Positions 54,949-62,825 of a stretch of DNA of 64,000 nucleotides are shown piece by piece. The DNA comes from a virus (Duplodnaviria; Caudoviricetes): the IMG/VR virus record IMGVR_UViG_2706795367_000001, positions 1 to 64,000 of that record; one strand, written 5' to 3'. The notes under the pieces were generated by a model that was given only the letters and a program-made list of their open reading frames with translations, made no database searches and was not told where the DNA came from. A program made the position numbers and the translations under genes. Numbering within the stretch: position 1 is the stretch's first letter; every line of letters starts with the position of its first letter.

Positions 54949-55173
54949 ATGGCTTATTTCCGCGTGAATCACAGGGGTTTCCAAAGCCTCAAGGAGCAGG
55001 GCGTCGCGAAGAGCGATCGGGCGATCGCTCAACTGCTCCAAGTTGATCCCGCAACAATGTCCCGCGTTCTACGAGGGAAGACGGAGCCAACCGGGCGCTT
55101 GGTCGCCGGCGCGGTGGCAGCCCTCGGGCCGAGCTGGCTGGGCATCCTCTTCGACGTTGTGGAAGAGAAGTGA
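54949..55173 (+). CDS. Cro-like HTH protein
   Basis: SDRAIAQLLQVDPATMSRVLRGKTEP. Confidence 0.85.
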   Translation: MAYFRVNHRGFQSLKEQGVAKSDRAIAQLLQVDPATMSRVLRGKTEPTGRLVAGAVAALGPSWLGILFDVVEEK

Positions 55174-55421
55174 AGACCTGCTACCGCGGTCACGAGCGGT
55201 CCGAGGCAAACACCTACATCTTCTTCGATTCGCAGACCGGCCAGAAGAAGCACATGTGCCGGGAATGCCGCAGGAAAGTCGGCCGAGTGTGCGGTTACTG
55301 CAACACCGCGTTCACCACGACCCTGCAACACGATTCGTGGGTCTGCCCAACCTGCACCGCGGGCGGGGCTTCCACCACTGATTACGCACCCTTGGGTTCC
55401 ACCTGGGTGACGAGCGGCTAG
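55170..55421 (+). CDS. Zn-finger protein
   Basis: CYRGH...CREC...CGYC...CPTC. Confidence 0.75.
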   Translation: MKTCYRGHERSEANTYIFFDSQTGQKKHMCRECRRKVGRVCGYCNTAFTTTLQHDSWVCPTCTAGGASTTDYAPLGSTWVTSG

Positions 55422-55430
55422 GAGACAAAC

Positions 55431-55796
55431 ATGAGGAACAAAGCCCTGCTCAACGAGGTCATGCAGTTCATCCTGAAGTACCCCGAGGCGCACGATCAGG
55501 GCGTCTACTTCAGTGAATGCGGCACGGTCGCGTGTTTCGCGGGATGGGCTTGCTACCTGGCGGGATACGACAAGGTCCCGGGAAGTAGGGGCATTGTCGC
55601 CGACCCCGAATCCCCAAAGGGATGCGATCACGCTTCGTTCAAGGCTCGGGATCTCCTTGGGCTCACCACCGACGAGGCGGAGTACCTCTTTTACGCGGAC
55701 AACTCGGTCGAGGACCTCCAGCGGATGGTTGCCAACCTTGTTGCTGACAGGCCCGTCGATTATGACAGCTGTTACTGGCAGAGTGCGGATCAGTAA
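55431..55796 (+). CDS. hypothetical protein
   Basis: HDQ...CGTVACFAGWA motif; AGGAG RBS. Confidence 0.8.
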   Translation: MRNKALLNEVMQFILKYPEAHDQGVYFSECGTVACFAGWACYLAGYDKVPGSRGIVADPESPKGCDHASFKARDLLGLTTDEAEYLFYADNSVEDLQRMVANLVADRPVDYDSCYWQSADQ

Positions 55797-56597
55797 ATGA
55801 TCCCCGCGCTCGCGCACTTCGAAGCCCGCCAGAGGCACCTCTGGGACACCGTCGCCTACAGCGGCAACCAGAAGCTCGACATCTGGCTTCCGGAAAGCCC
55901 GGAGAACGCGCCAGTCTTCATGTTCATCCCCGGCGGGGCCTGGACCATTGGCGACCGTCGCGGCCAGGGCTACGCCATCATGTCCCACCTCGTTCAACAA
56001 GGCTGGATCTGCGTCGCCATCGACTACCGCACCGCGCCCCAGAACCAATGGCCCGCTCCTTTTGAAGATGTGTCCGCCGCTTTCCACTGGGTGAGGGCCA
56101 ACATCCACCAATACGGTGGGGGAGACTTCCTAGCCGTCGGCGGGGCCTCGGCCGGAGGTCACATGGCCTCGCTTCTCGGATTGACTGACTGGTCCTTCTC
56201 TAAACCTGATGCAGTGATTTCTTTGTACGGGGTTTACGACTGGACCTCGAAGAGCCTGGATCACTGGCTGATCAACCGTTACGTCCAGCACGTGGTGGTG
56301 GGCCGGCGCGACCACGACACCCTCCGGATCTCCTCGCCGATTCACCAGATCCACCGCGACGCCCCGCCCTTCCTCATCATCCAGGGCGACTGCGATCTGG
56401 TTACCCCACAAAGCGGGGCGAAGAAGTTCTTCAAGAAGCTGAAGGAAACCTCTCTCAACCACGCGGTGTACCACCGGGTGCCGGGCGGTATTCACGGCTT
56501 CGACCTTCTCCAGGGGTGGCAGACCGATAGGGCCATCGACGCGATCGACGACTTTCTCACCACAGCTCGTATTCCTGGCCTTTTGGAGGCGTCATGA
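55797..56597 (+). CDS. alpha/beta hydrolase (HSL-family esterase/lipase)
   Basis: PGGAW oxyanion loop, GASAGGH, GDCD, HGFD catalytic triad. Confidence 0.93.
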   Translation: MIPALAHFEARQRHLWDTVAYSGNQKLDIWLPESPENAPVFMFIPGGAWTIGDRRGQGYAIMSHLVQQGWICVAIDYRTAPQNQWPAPFEDVSAAFHWVRANIHQYGGGDFLAVGGASAGGHMASLLGLTDWSFSKPDAVISLYGVYDWTSKSLDHWLINRYVQHVVVGRRDHDTLRISSPIHQIHRDAPPFLIIQGDCDLVTPQSGAKKFFKKLKETSLNHAVYHRVPGGIHGFDLLQGWQTDRAIDAIDDFLTTARIPGLLEAS

Positions 56598-56746
56598 CCG
56601 ACAGCACTATGCTCCGCGAAGCGGCCATCAAGAAGCTGATGGACATTCAGGAGGCGTGTCGCGCCGAACTCTTGCAGCACCCGATGCGGGCGTACCGCGG
56701 CATCAGCCTCGCCAACGAAATCCTCGACATCATCAAGGGGGAGTGA
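56594..56746 (+). CDS. small hypothetical protein (50 aa)
   Basis: GGAGG RBS; ATGA overlap. Confidence 0.6.
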   Translation: MTDSTMLREAAIKKLMDIQEACRAELLQHPMRAYRGISLANEILDIIKGE

Positions 56747-56868
56747 TGACTACCCAGGCGATCATCTTCTTCTCTTCCGTGGCAATGGTTCCGGCCCTCG
56801 CCTTCGTTATCGGCGGCGCGCAGGCCTGGGCTGAGCGGTGGTCTTATCGACGGGACTTCTGGCGATGA
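56746..56868 (+). CDS. small membrane peptide
   Basis: MTTQAIIFFSSVAMVPALAFVIG. Confidence 0.55.
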   Translation: MTTQAIIFFSSVAMVPALAFVIGGAQAWAERWSYRRDFWR

Positions 56869-57242
56869 GGACCTGCACGATTCCGGGGTGCGAGAAGAAG
56901 CACCACGCTCGCGGCTTCTGCGTCGTGCACTACCAGCGGTGGAGGCGGCGCTCCGACGAGCCCCGCGGCAACTACCGCCGTAACCATCGGCCGGATTGCA
57001 AGCTGGAATGGTGCAACGGGCGGTTCTACGCCAAGGATCTCTGCCGGTTCCATCACCAGCGTCTCCTCCGTGGCAAGGCCATGGACGACCCGCGCGGCAA
57101 CGTCGGGATCTTCGATTGGGCGGCGTGCGGGACGCCGGCGCAATACAGGAAGCACTTCCGGCACGGCATCCCCTTGTGCGACGCATGCCGGAAAGCTGAG
57201 AGTCGACGTCAGAAGGACCGCCGCGAGAAGGCAAAGCGATGA
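56865..57242 (+). CDS. multi Zn-finger protein
   Basis: Two C-x4-C...C-x2-H repeats plus CGT...H...C..C. Confidence 0.8.
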   Translation: MRTCTIPGCEKKHHARGFCVVHYQRWRRRSDEPRGNYRRNHRPDCKLEWCNGRFYAKDLCRFHHQRLLRGKAMDDPRGNVGIFDWAACGTPAQYRKHFRHGIPLCDACRKAESRRQKDRREKAKR

Positions 57243-57553
57243 AAGATTCTTCCGAACCTTTACGGGGATCTGATCGTCCCAATGCTAAAGTTGACCTTGA
57301 GCAAATCCTCGGAAACTGGAGGCCAGCGTGTGGATTGCGGGAGGACATGCCAGCGCTTCCGGTGTGCGGGAATCCCGCCACGCACGTACTCAACTTTCAT
57401 GGCGGACATTTTGTTCATCTGACTTGCATCCCCTGCTACTACCTCTACATGGAGGCAATCCGTCAGGGGATTGAAACATTCCCCAAGGTGGAATGCACCG
57501 CCTGCGGAGAAGGCGTAGATGCACTCGTTCATCTCAAGCTAACTCCGCTCTAA
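57239..57553 (+). CDS. Cys-rich hypothetical protein
   Basis: C...C...CIPC...CTAC; ATGA overlap. Confidence 0.65.
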   Translation: MKDSSEPLRGSDRPNAKVDLEQILGNWRPACGLREDMPALPVCGNPATHVLNFHGGHFVHLTCIPCYYLYMEAIRQGIETFPKVECTACGEGVDALVHLKLTPL

Positions 57554-57818
57554 GAAACTTCCCCGGCCAAGAGCCGGCGGGCAAAACTTAAAAGCTTCAA
57601 CCGGCGGAATGCCAGCTCCCTCCCAAGTAGACGGGGGTGACGATTCCATCAGCCTTTAGGTGCCGTACGAAGCGTTATATGTGTGACGGGTTAAGTGCTA
57701 CAGGGGCCTGAAAAGGCCGCCCGCGGGGACATAGAAACCTCGCCGTTAGCCGCAAGGCGCGTAGACCCACTTCGGTGGAGGATTAAGCTTACCCATTTTC
57801 TTTGCAGAGAAATCTGCA
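57554..57818 (+). ncRNA. candidate structured ncRNA
   Basis: Intergenic; GAAA, GCAA, UUCG and GAAA tetraloop hairpins plus nested stems. Confidence 0.6.
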
Positions 57819-57879
57819 GCGCACGGCCGGAATGGTTCGGCACGAATTCGTCAAGGTTCAAATCCTTGCGTGCGCACCA
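57819..57879 (+). ncRNA. 61-nt tRNA-like element lacking a true anticodon arm
   Basis: 7-bp acceptor GCGCACG/CGTGCGC + A-CCA; D-like arm GCCG-GAATGGTT-CGGC; T arm CAAGG-TTCAAAT-CCTTG; only ACGAATTCGT between D and T arms. Confidence 0.8.
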
Positions 57880-57880
57880 G

Positions 57881-57939
57881 TCGCGGGGAGTCGAGCCGGC
57901 TTGTTCTAGCCGAGTGTCGGTTCCTCCCCGCGATTTTTT
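57881..57939 (+). terminator. intrinsic terminator
   Basis: TCGCGGGGAG/CTCCCCGCGA stem followed by T6. Confidence 0.8.
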
Positions 57940-57965
57940 GTACCCAAAATCAGGGAGGTTCGCCC

Positions 57966-58265
57966 ATGCTCGGACGTTTCACTGAAGATCAGCAAGTTCT
58001 GCTCGCCTGCTACTGGGCGCTCTCCGACGCCCACCCGCCTCACAAGGGCGAGCTGCGAAAGATGTTCCGCAGCAAGGTGGATACCTCAACCGCGGAGCAC
58101 GCGGTGATCTCCGCCCGCCGCGCCGAGGACTTCCACATCGGCATCGCCGGGGCCCTCACCGAACTGTCCAAGGCCACCCAGAAATACCCCCGCTACGCCT
58201 TCGACCGTTTCCGTCGGGGGACGGGCGTTCCCAACCATCGCAAGGTGCGGGTCCGTGACAACTGA
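57966..58265 (+). CDS. hypothetical protein
   Basis: GGGAGG RBS. Confidence 0.7.
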   Translation: MLGRFTEDQQVLLACYWALSDAHPPHKGELRKMFRSKVDTSTAEHAVISARRAEDFHIGIAGALTELSKATQKYPRYAFDRFRRGTGVPNHRKVRVRDN

Positions 58266-58385
58266 CCAGGCGGCGAAGATCCTTTATCTCGCCTATCACA
58301 AAGACCGCTACGCCCCGCATTGGGAATCCGCCCCGGACCAGTCGCGGTGGCGACAGACTGCCGCAGCACTCCTCCGGGAGATGAA

Positions 58386-58559
58386 ATGATCTTCGTTGAG
58401 ATCGAATGCGACAACCCGAACTGCCCCAACGGCAGTGAGTATGTTGACGTCTACCTCGACGCGTGGCACCGGGGCGCGCCCGTAAACACCTACCTCCCCG
58501 AGGGATGGCGCGTGGCGAACGCGGTGGAGTGCCCTGATTGCGCGGGGATCGAAGAGTGA
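58386..58559 (+). CDS. small Zn-ribbon protein
   Basis: CDNPNC...LPEGW...CPDC. Confidence 0.7.
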   Translation: MIFVEIECDNPNCPNGSEYVDVYLDAWHRGAPVNTYLPEGWRVANAVECPDCAGIEE

Positions 58560-58780
58560 ACGCGGCCGAGATAATGCAGCGCCGGATCGACCTCTACGAA
58601 CACTTGACCGATATCGATCAAGCATTGCGACTACTGGTCGGCGGGCCCATGACCCCCGGGGCCGAGGAAACGGCATTCGAACTCCTTGAGGAGAGGGACA
58701 TGGTGTGCCACCTCATGCGAGAGGTCGGCTACGAACCTTGGGATTCCCCTTTCTCCGAAGATGAAACGAAGGTCTTATGA
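58556..58780 (+). CDS. hypothetical protein
   Basis: GTGA overlap. Confidence 0.65.
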   Translation: MNAAEIMQRRIDLYEHLTDIDQALRLLVGGPMTPGAEETAFELLEERDMVCHLMREVGYEPWDSPFSEDETKVL

Positions 58781-58980
58781 ACTACGAATACCAACTGGTG
58801 ATCGCCAAGAACGCCGCAAGGGAAACTGAGGCGTTGATCCGCAACGCCCTCGAATACCTGGCAGAGGCCCGCTCCACGGTGATCGATCACCTCTCCGCCC
58901 CCAATGACATCTACGCCCGGCTGACCATTGTTCAGGACCTCGGCCTGGTGGAAGACAATCTCCGAAAGGCTTTGAAATGA
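58777..58980 (+). CDS. hypothetical protein
   Basis: ATGA overlaps. Confidence 0.65.
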   Translation: MNYEYQLVIAKNAARETEALIRNALEYLAEARSTVIDHLSAPNDIYARLTIVQDLGLVEDNLRKALK

Positions 58981-59699
58981 CCATTGATCTCGACCGCATC
59001 ACCCACCCCCTTCGCCTCGCCAAAGGATCACATCAGCCCGGCTCCGGCAAAGGCTGCGCCATGAACGTGATCTCATACATCAACGGCGACACGGTGATCA
59101 CGGATTACCCGAAGTGCTCGGCCCGCCCGCTCGCCCGCCTGGTGCAGCAGTGCAATGACGAGTTGGCCGACTCGGACGGGTTCTTGGCGCCGGAAAATAG
59201 CGTGCTGGTTTTGGATCTGGGTTGGCAGACCGTCGGAACTGCTGATGTTCCCGAGTCGGTGATGTTGCGGTGGTTGCGCGACATTCTGGTCGATCCGGTG
59301 CATGGGGTTGTGCGTCACGCTCGACCGGATGGGGTTGCGGCCATTAGCCGTGTGGCCGAGTTGTGCGCGCGGCAGGCATCAGGCGTGGAGGTTTCCGGGG
59401 CGGAGTGGCGTTCCGCCCAAGTCGCCGCCAACGCCGCCTACGCCGCCGCCAACGCCACCAACGCCGCCAACGCCGCCTACGCCGCCGCCAACGCCGCCTA
59501 CGCCGCCGGTGTCGCCGCCGCCAACGCCGCCTACGCCGCCGGTGTCGCCGCCGCCGACGCCGCCGACGCCCGAGTCGAGTTCACCCGTTGGGCCATCGCG
59601 CGATGGCGCGCCCTAGCGGGACTCGACACTCCGCGCGATATCGTCACGCAAGAGGTTGACGACGCACTCGCCCGAATCAATGCAGGTATGCCGAAATGA
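58977..59699 (+). CDS. protein with Ala-rich internal repeat tract
   Basis: LRLAKGSH...GCAMN N-terminus; AANAAYAA repeats. Confidence 0.85.
   Translation: MTIDLDRITHPLRLAKGSHQPGSGKGCAMNVISYINGDTVITDYPKCSARPLARLVQQCNDELADSDGFLAPENSVLVLDLGWQTVGTADVPESVMLRWLRDILVDPVHGVVRHARPDGVAAISRVAELCARQASGVEVSGAEWRSAQVAANAAYAAANATNAANAAYAAANAAYAAGVAAANAAYAAGVAAADAADARVEFTRWAIARWRALAGLDTPRDIVTQEVDDALARINAGMPK
59421..59570 (+). repeat. in-frame tandem repeat GCCGCCAACGCCGCCTACGCCGCC x4 with variants
   Basis: Directly visible; encodes AANAAYAA. Confidence 0.9.
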
Positions 59700-60031
59700 T
59701 ATCCCCGAAGATCATCGGTTCGGCCGCCGTCGTCGGCCTGCTGGCTTTAGGCGCGTGCTCCACGATGAACCATGAGACGCACACCGGCTGCACCGTCAAA
59801 GCCAAGGACATCATCCTCGACGGCGACGGTGGCGGCGGCATCACCAAAACCAAACGCTTGTCCACCACGTGCGGATCGTTCGACGTCGAGGATAACATCG
59901 CCGGCGGATTCAACTCGTGGGACATCTGGGCCTCCCTCGAGGTCGGAAAGACCTACACGATCGAGAGCGGCGGCTATCGCGTCGGCTTCTTCTCAATGTT
60001 CCCCAATGTCCTGAAAGCGACGGAAGAGTGA
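59696..60031 (+). CDS. lipoprotein
   Basis: LGAC lipobox; CTVKAKD...GYRVGFFSMFPN. Confidence 0.8.
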   Translation: MISPKIIGSAAVVGLLALGACSTMNHETHTGCTVKAKDIILDGDGGGGITKTKRLSTTCGSFDVEDNIAGGFNSWDIWASLEVGKTYTIESGGYRVGFFSMFPNVLKATEE

Positions 60032-60516
60032 CTGACCGATACCCCGTTGAAGAGACGTGCGACTGCGCCTGGGGTTGCGAAAATCCCGACCATCCGAAGG
60101 GCGAGTCCAGATACTGCCCTCTGCCTGAAGATGACGGCACCATGCCGAATAATGTGGCCGAACTCGCCGGGCATGTCGTCGGACGCCGCATCGTCTCGGC
60201 ACAGAAGGAGAAAGTCCAGACCGGGCGCTGGTACGGCGAATCGGAATGCTTCGTCATCACGCTCGACGACGGCAGCCGGGTCGCCCTAGTCGATAGCGGC
60301 GACTGCTGCGCGTACACGACGCTGGAGAACTTCCTCCTCCACCCCGAGTTGGTGGATCACGTCATTACCGGCGTCGGCACCACGGGCGGATACGAGCGAT
60401 GGCACATCTACGCCGACCTTGGGGACGTGCTGGAGTTGGATGTCTCCTGGAGTCCGGGTAATCCGTTCTACTACGGTTACGGATTCGATTTCGTCGTCCT
60501 CCCGGTCGACGAATGA
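60028..60516 (+). CDS. hypothetical protein
   Basis: GTGA overlap; DCCA...GN..YYG motif. Confidence 0.75.
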   Translation: MTDRYPVEETCDCAWGCENPDHPKGESRYCPLPEDDGTMPNNVAELAGHVVGRRIVSAQKEKVQTGRWYGESECFVITLDDGSRVALVDSGDCCAYTTLENFLLHPELVDHVITGVGTTGGYERWHIYADLGDVLELDVSWSPGNPFYYGYGFDFVVLPVDE

Positions 60517-60683
60517 CCGACTACATCCTCTCGTACGACCGCAAAGATGTGCGCTACGAGGTCCACTACGGGGACAAAACCGAGGTGTTCACCTCCCCGT
60601 ACATCACTCAACTGTGGTCGTGGCTGGGTAACACCATGGAGCCGGGCGACACCCTTCACTGGCTCTCCGGAGGAGATGACTAA
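60513..60683 (+). CDS. small hypothetical protein (56 aa)
   Basis: Manual translation MTDYILSYDRKDVRYEVHYG... Confidence 0.6.
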   Translation: MTDYILSYDRKDVRYEVHYGDKTEVFTSPYITQLWSWLGNTMEPGDTLHWLSGGDD

Positions 60684-60923
60684 ATGCAAACCATCAAATA
60701 CTTCTTCAGCGCACTGCGCGAATACTGGAGCTGGTGGGTCGTGGTCGACTGGGCGCTCGCCGCGACCTGGTTCGTTCAGTACGGGTTCACGCTGGACTTC
60801 GATCACTTCCTGATCGGCCTCCTGATGCTCACAATGGGCATGGGTCAACTCGCCCTGAATGCGAGCGAGGGCTACTCCGAACTCCTTGAATCCCAGATCG
60901 AGGAGCTGGTGGCTGAGCAATGA
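60684..60923 (+). CDS. small membrane protein
   Basis: GGAGGAG RBS; two TM segments. Confidence 0.7.
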   Translation: MQTIKYFFSALREYWSWWVVVDWALAATWFVQYGFTLDFDHFLIGLLMLTMGMGQLALNASEGYSELLESQIEELVAEQ

Positions 60924-60962
60924 CCGGCCTCGACGCCCCGAACTTCCAGAAAGCGAAAGTGA

Positions 60963-61346
60963 ATGAAGAAACTCATTACCGCGGCGGTGGCCGCTGCCGC
61001 CATCATCGGCCTGTCCGCTTGCTCCTCTGATGCCGATGTCGCCTCGGAGAACCTTTCCAAGGCGGCCGACAACTTCCAGGTCCCTCGCCGGATCGTGTTC
61101 TTCAACGGCATCACCGACAAGTACCTGCTGGAGATCCAGGGCTTCTGCTCGATCAATGCCGATACGGGCTCAAAGAAACTTGACGTGACCTGCAAGGTCA
61201 ATGACGGCTACAAGAAGCATTTCCTGGGCCTGTCGGACAACGTGTCGTATTTCGTGGAGCAGATCAACGGCGCGAATGTCAGCACCGACTTCTACCAGGT
61301 AAATTTCAAGCCGGCTTCCATCCTGCCGGATGTAGAGTTACGGTGA
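60963..61346 (+). CDS. lipoprotein
   Basis: LSAC lipobox; ADNF...RRIVFFNGITD...YKKHFLGLSDNV. Confidence 0.85.
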   Translation: MKKLITAAVAAAAIIGLSACSSDADVASENLSKAADNFQVPRRIVFFNGITDKYLLEIQGFCSINADTGSKKLDVTCKVNDGYKKHFLGLSDNVSYFVEQINGANVSTDFYQVNFKPASILPDVELR

Positions 61347-61569
61347 TCGACCGCCCTGTTCCTCGGATGGTCGTAGTAGACCGCGCCGAGGCCGCAGGCT
61401 AGGCACTGGGTTCTCCCGGTGGCCGCCGCGCTGTAGTACGCGCGTAAGAAAAAGTGATGGGCCTGATTCCGTAACTCACGGTCTAGGGTGGCAACCTTTC
61501 CCGACGGGGATTAATAGCCGCAAACTTCCTTCTTAAGCCGCAGGATTGCGCAAACCCCAAGGATTCTTC

Positions 61570-62505
61570 ATTACCGCGAAGATCACTTTCTCGGGAACGA
61601 TCCCATGTCAACAGTACGGCAACGTCGTCCCGACTTTCGAGATAACGGCCGATACGCACGAGGATGCGGTTGAACTCGGTCTGCAGAAATTGCAAGACAT
61701 CTGGAACCGCGTCGGAACAAAACCTCTGGATATCGACAGGGGCCAGCCCCAGCAGGTGCCGGCCAAACCCACGGGCGTCATCAAAAAGTGCCGAGTGTCC
61801 GGGGCTGAGGTCATTTTTGACCCGGTCGCCCACACTTATCACGACAAGCAGGGTCGCAAGTACCGCGGCGGCTCCAGCTTCGCTGCCGAGTACAAAAGCC
61901 CCTTCGAGGCGGACATTATCTCCGGGAAGATGGCGGCCAAGCACGGCGTTCCCCAGGAAGACATCCTGGCGATGTGGAAGCTCAACTCGGAAGCCTCCAC
62001 CACGTTCGGGACATCCCTCCACGCGGCGTTGGAACTCTATGGCCGATACCTGGAGCTGTCCAAGATCCTCAAGGACGGTACTGACGAGTCCTGCCTGACG
62101 AAGAACCCGGTGCTGCGGCCGATCGTCCAGAAGTTCTTCACCGAGGAGCGCATCGCGGAGAAGGCCTACTACGAGGAATTCGTGGCCGACCCCGACACAC
62201 TCTCTTGTGGATTGATCGACCGGCTGGTCGTCGACGACGATGGCCTGTGGGTAGAGGACTACAAAAGTAACGCGTCGGTAACGGATAAAAAAGAGACGTA
62301 CCTAGCTCCGTTTAAGGACCTTGTCGAGCCTAATGCGCTCGGCGGCTACGTTATACAGCTTAGCTACTACGCCGCGATCCTCAAGAAATACGGCCGCAAC
62401 GTCAAGGGCCTCCGCATCCATCACTGGGATGGCGAGGACTGGACTACTTATGAGCGGGAAATGATCGACATTTCCGGGGAACTTAAGTCCATCAAGGAGA
62501 ACTAA
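61570..62505 (+). CDS. RecB-family / PD-(D/E)xK exonuclease
   Basis: FGTSLH, GLIDRL, VEDYKS, QLSYYA; start ATT 61570 (inferred) or TTG 61546. Confidence 0.88.
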   Translation: MTAKITFSGTIPCQQYGNVVPTFEITADTHEDAVELGLQKLQDIWNRVGTKPLDIDRGQPQQVPAKPTGVIKKCRVSGAEVIFDPVAHTYHDKQGRKYRGGSSFAAEYKSPFEADIISGKMAAKHGVPQEDILAMWKLNSEASTTFGTSLHAALELYGRYLELSKILKDGTDESCLTKNPVLRPIVQKFFTEERIAEKAYYEEFVADPDTLSCGLIDRLVVDDDGLWVEDYKSNASVTDKKETYLAPFKDLVEPNALGGYVIQLSYYAAILKKYGRNVKGLRIHHWDGEDWTTYEREMIDISGELKSIKEN

Positions 62506-62825
62506 TGAGCGAACTCGGGCAGAAACTCATCAATGAGATTCGCATGGTCGCCGCGGGCAATCCCGACTACGTTTACAGGGACGATAATCCCAGCTGTGAA
62601 TATGTTCGCGGGGGTAGTCCATCTTGCCTCGTCGGTCATGGGTTGTGGCGACTCGGCCTGATCGATGCGGAGTTTGAAACCAATCGGCTCAATGTCGAAG
62701 TGTTCGACCACCTCTGGGCCGAACTCGGCCTGGAAATGGACGAGGAAGAGGTTGACTGGGTTCAGATGGTCCAGGAGCGGCAAGACGCCGGCCGCACCTG
62801 GGGTGAAGCGGTGGGCATCTCATGA
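62505..62825 (+). CDS. hypothetical protein
   Basis: PDYVY...C.Y...PSCLVG...QD.G.TWG. Confidence 0.75.
   Translation: MSELGQKLINEIRMVAAGNPDYVYRDDNPSCEYVRGGSPSCLVGHGLWRLGLIDAEFETNRLNVEVFDHLWAELGLEMDEEEVDWVQMVQERQDAGRTWGEAVGIS

Noticed and set aside
57819-57879. Canonical tRNA or tmRNA
   Set aside because: No 5-bp/7-nt anticodon arm; no G3-U70 pair or internal tag ORF. Kept as a tRNA-like element.
57880-57939. HDV-like (theta) ribozyme in the tRNA 3' trailer
   Set aside because: Could not build the nested double pseudoknot by eye; a long hairpin plus T6 explains it as a terminator.
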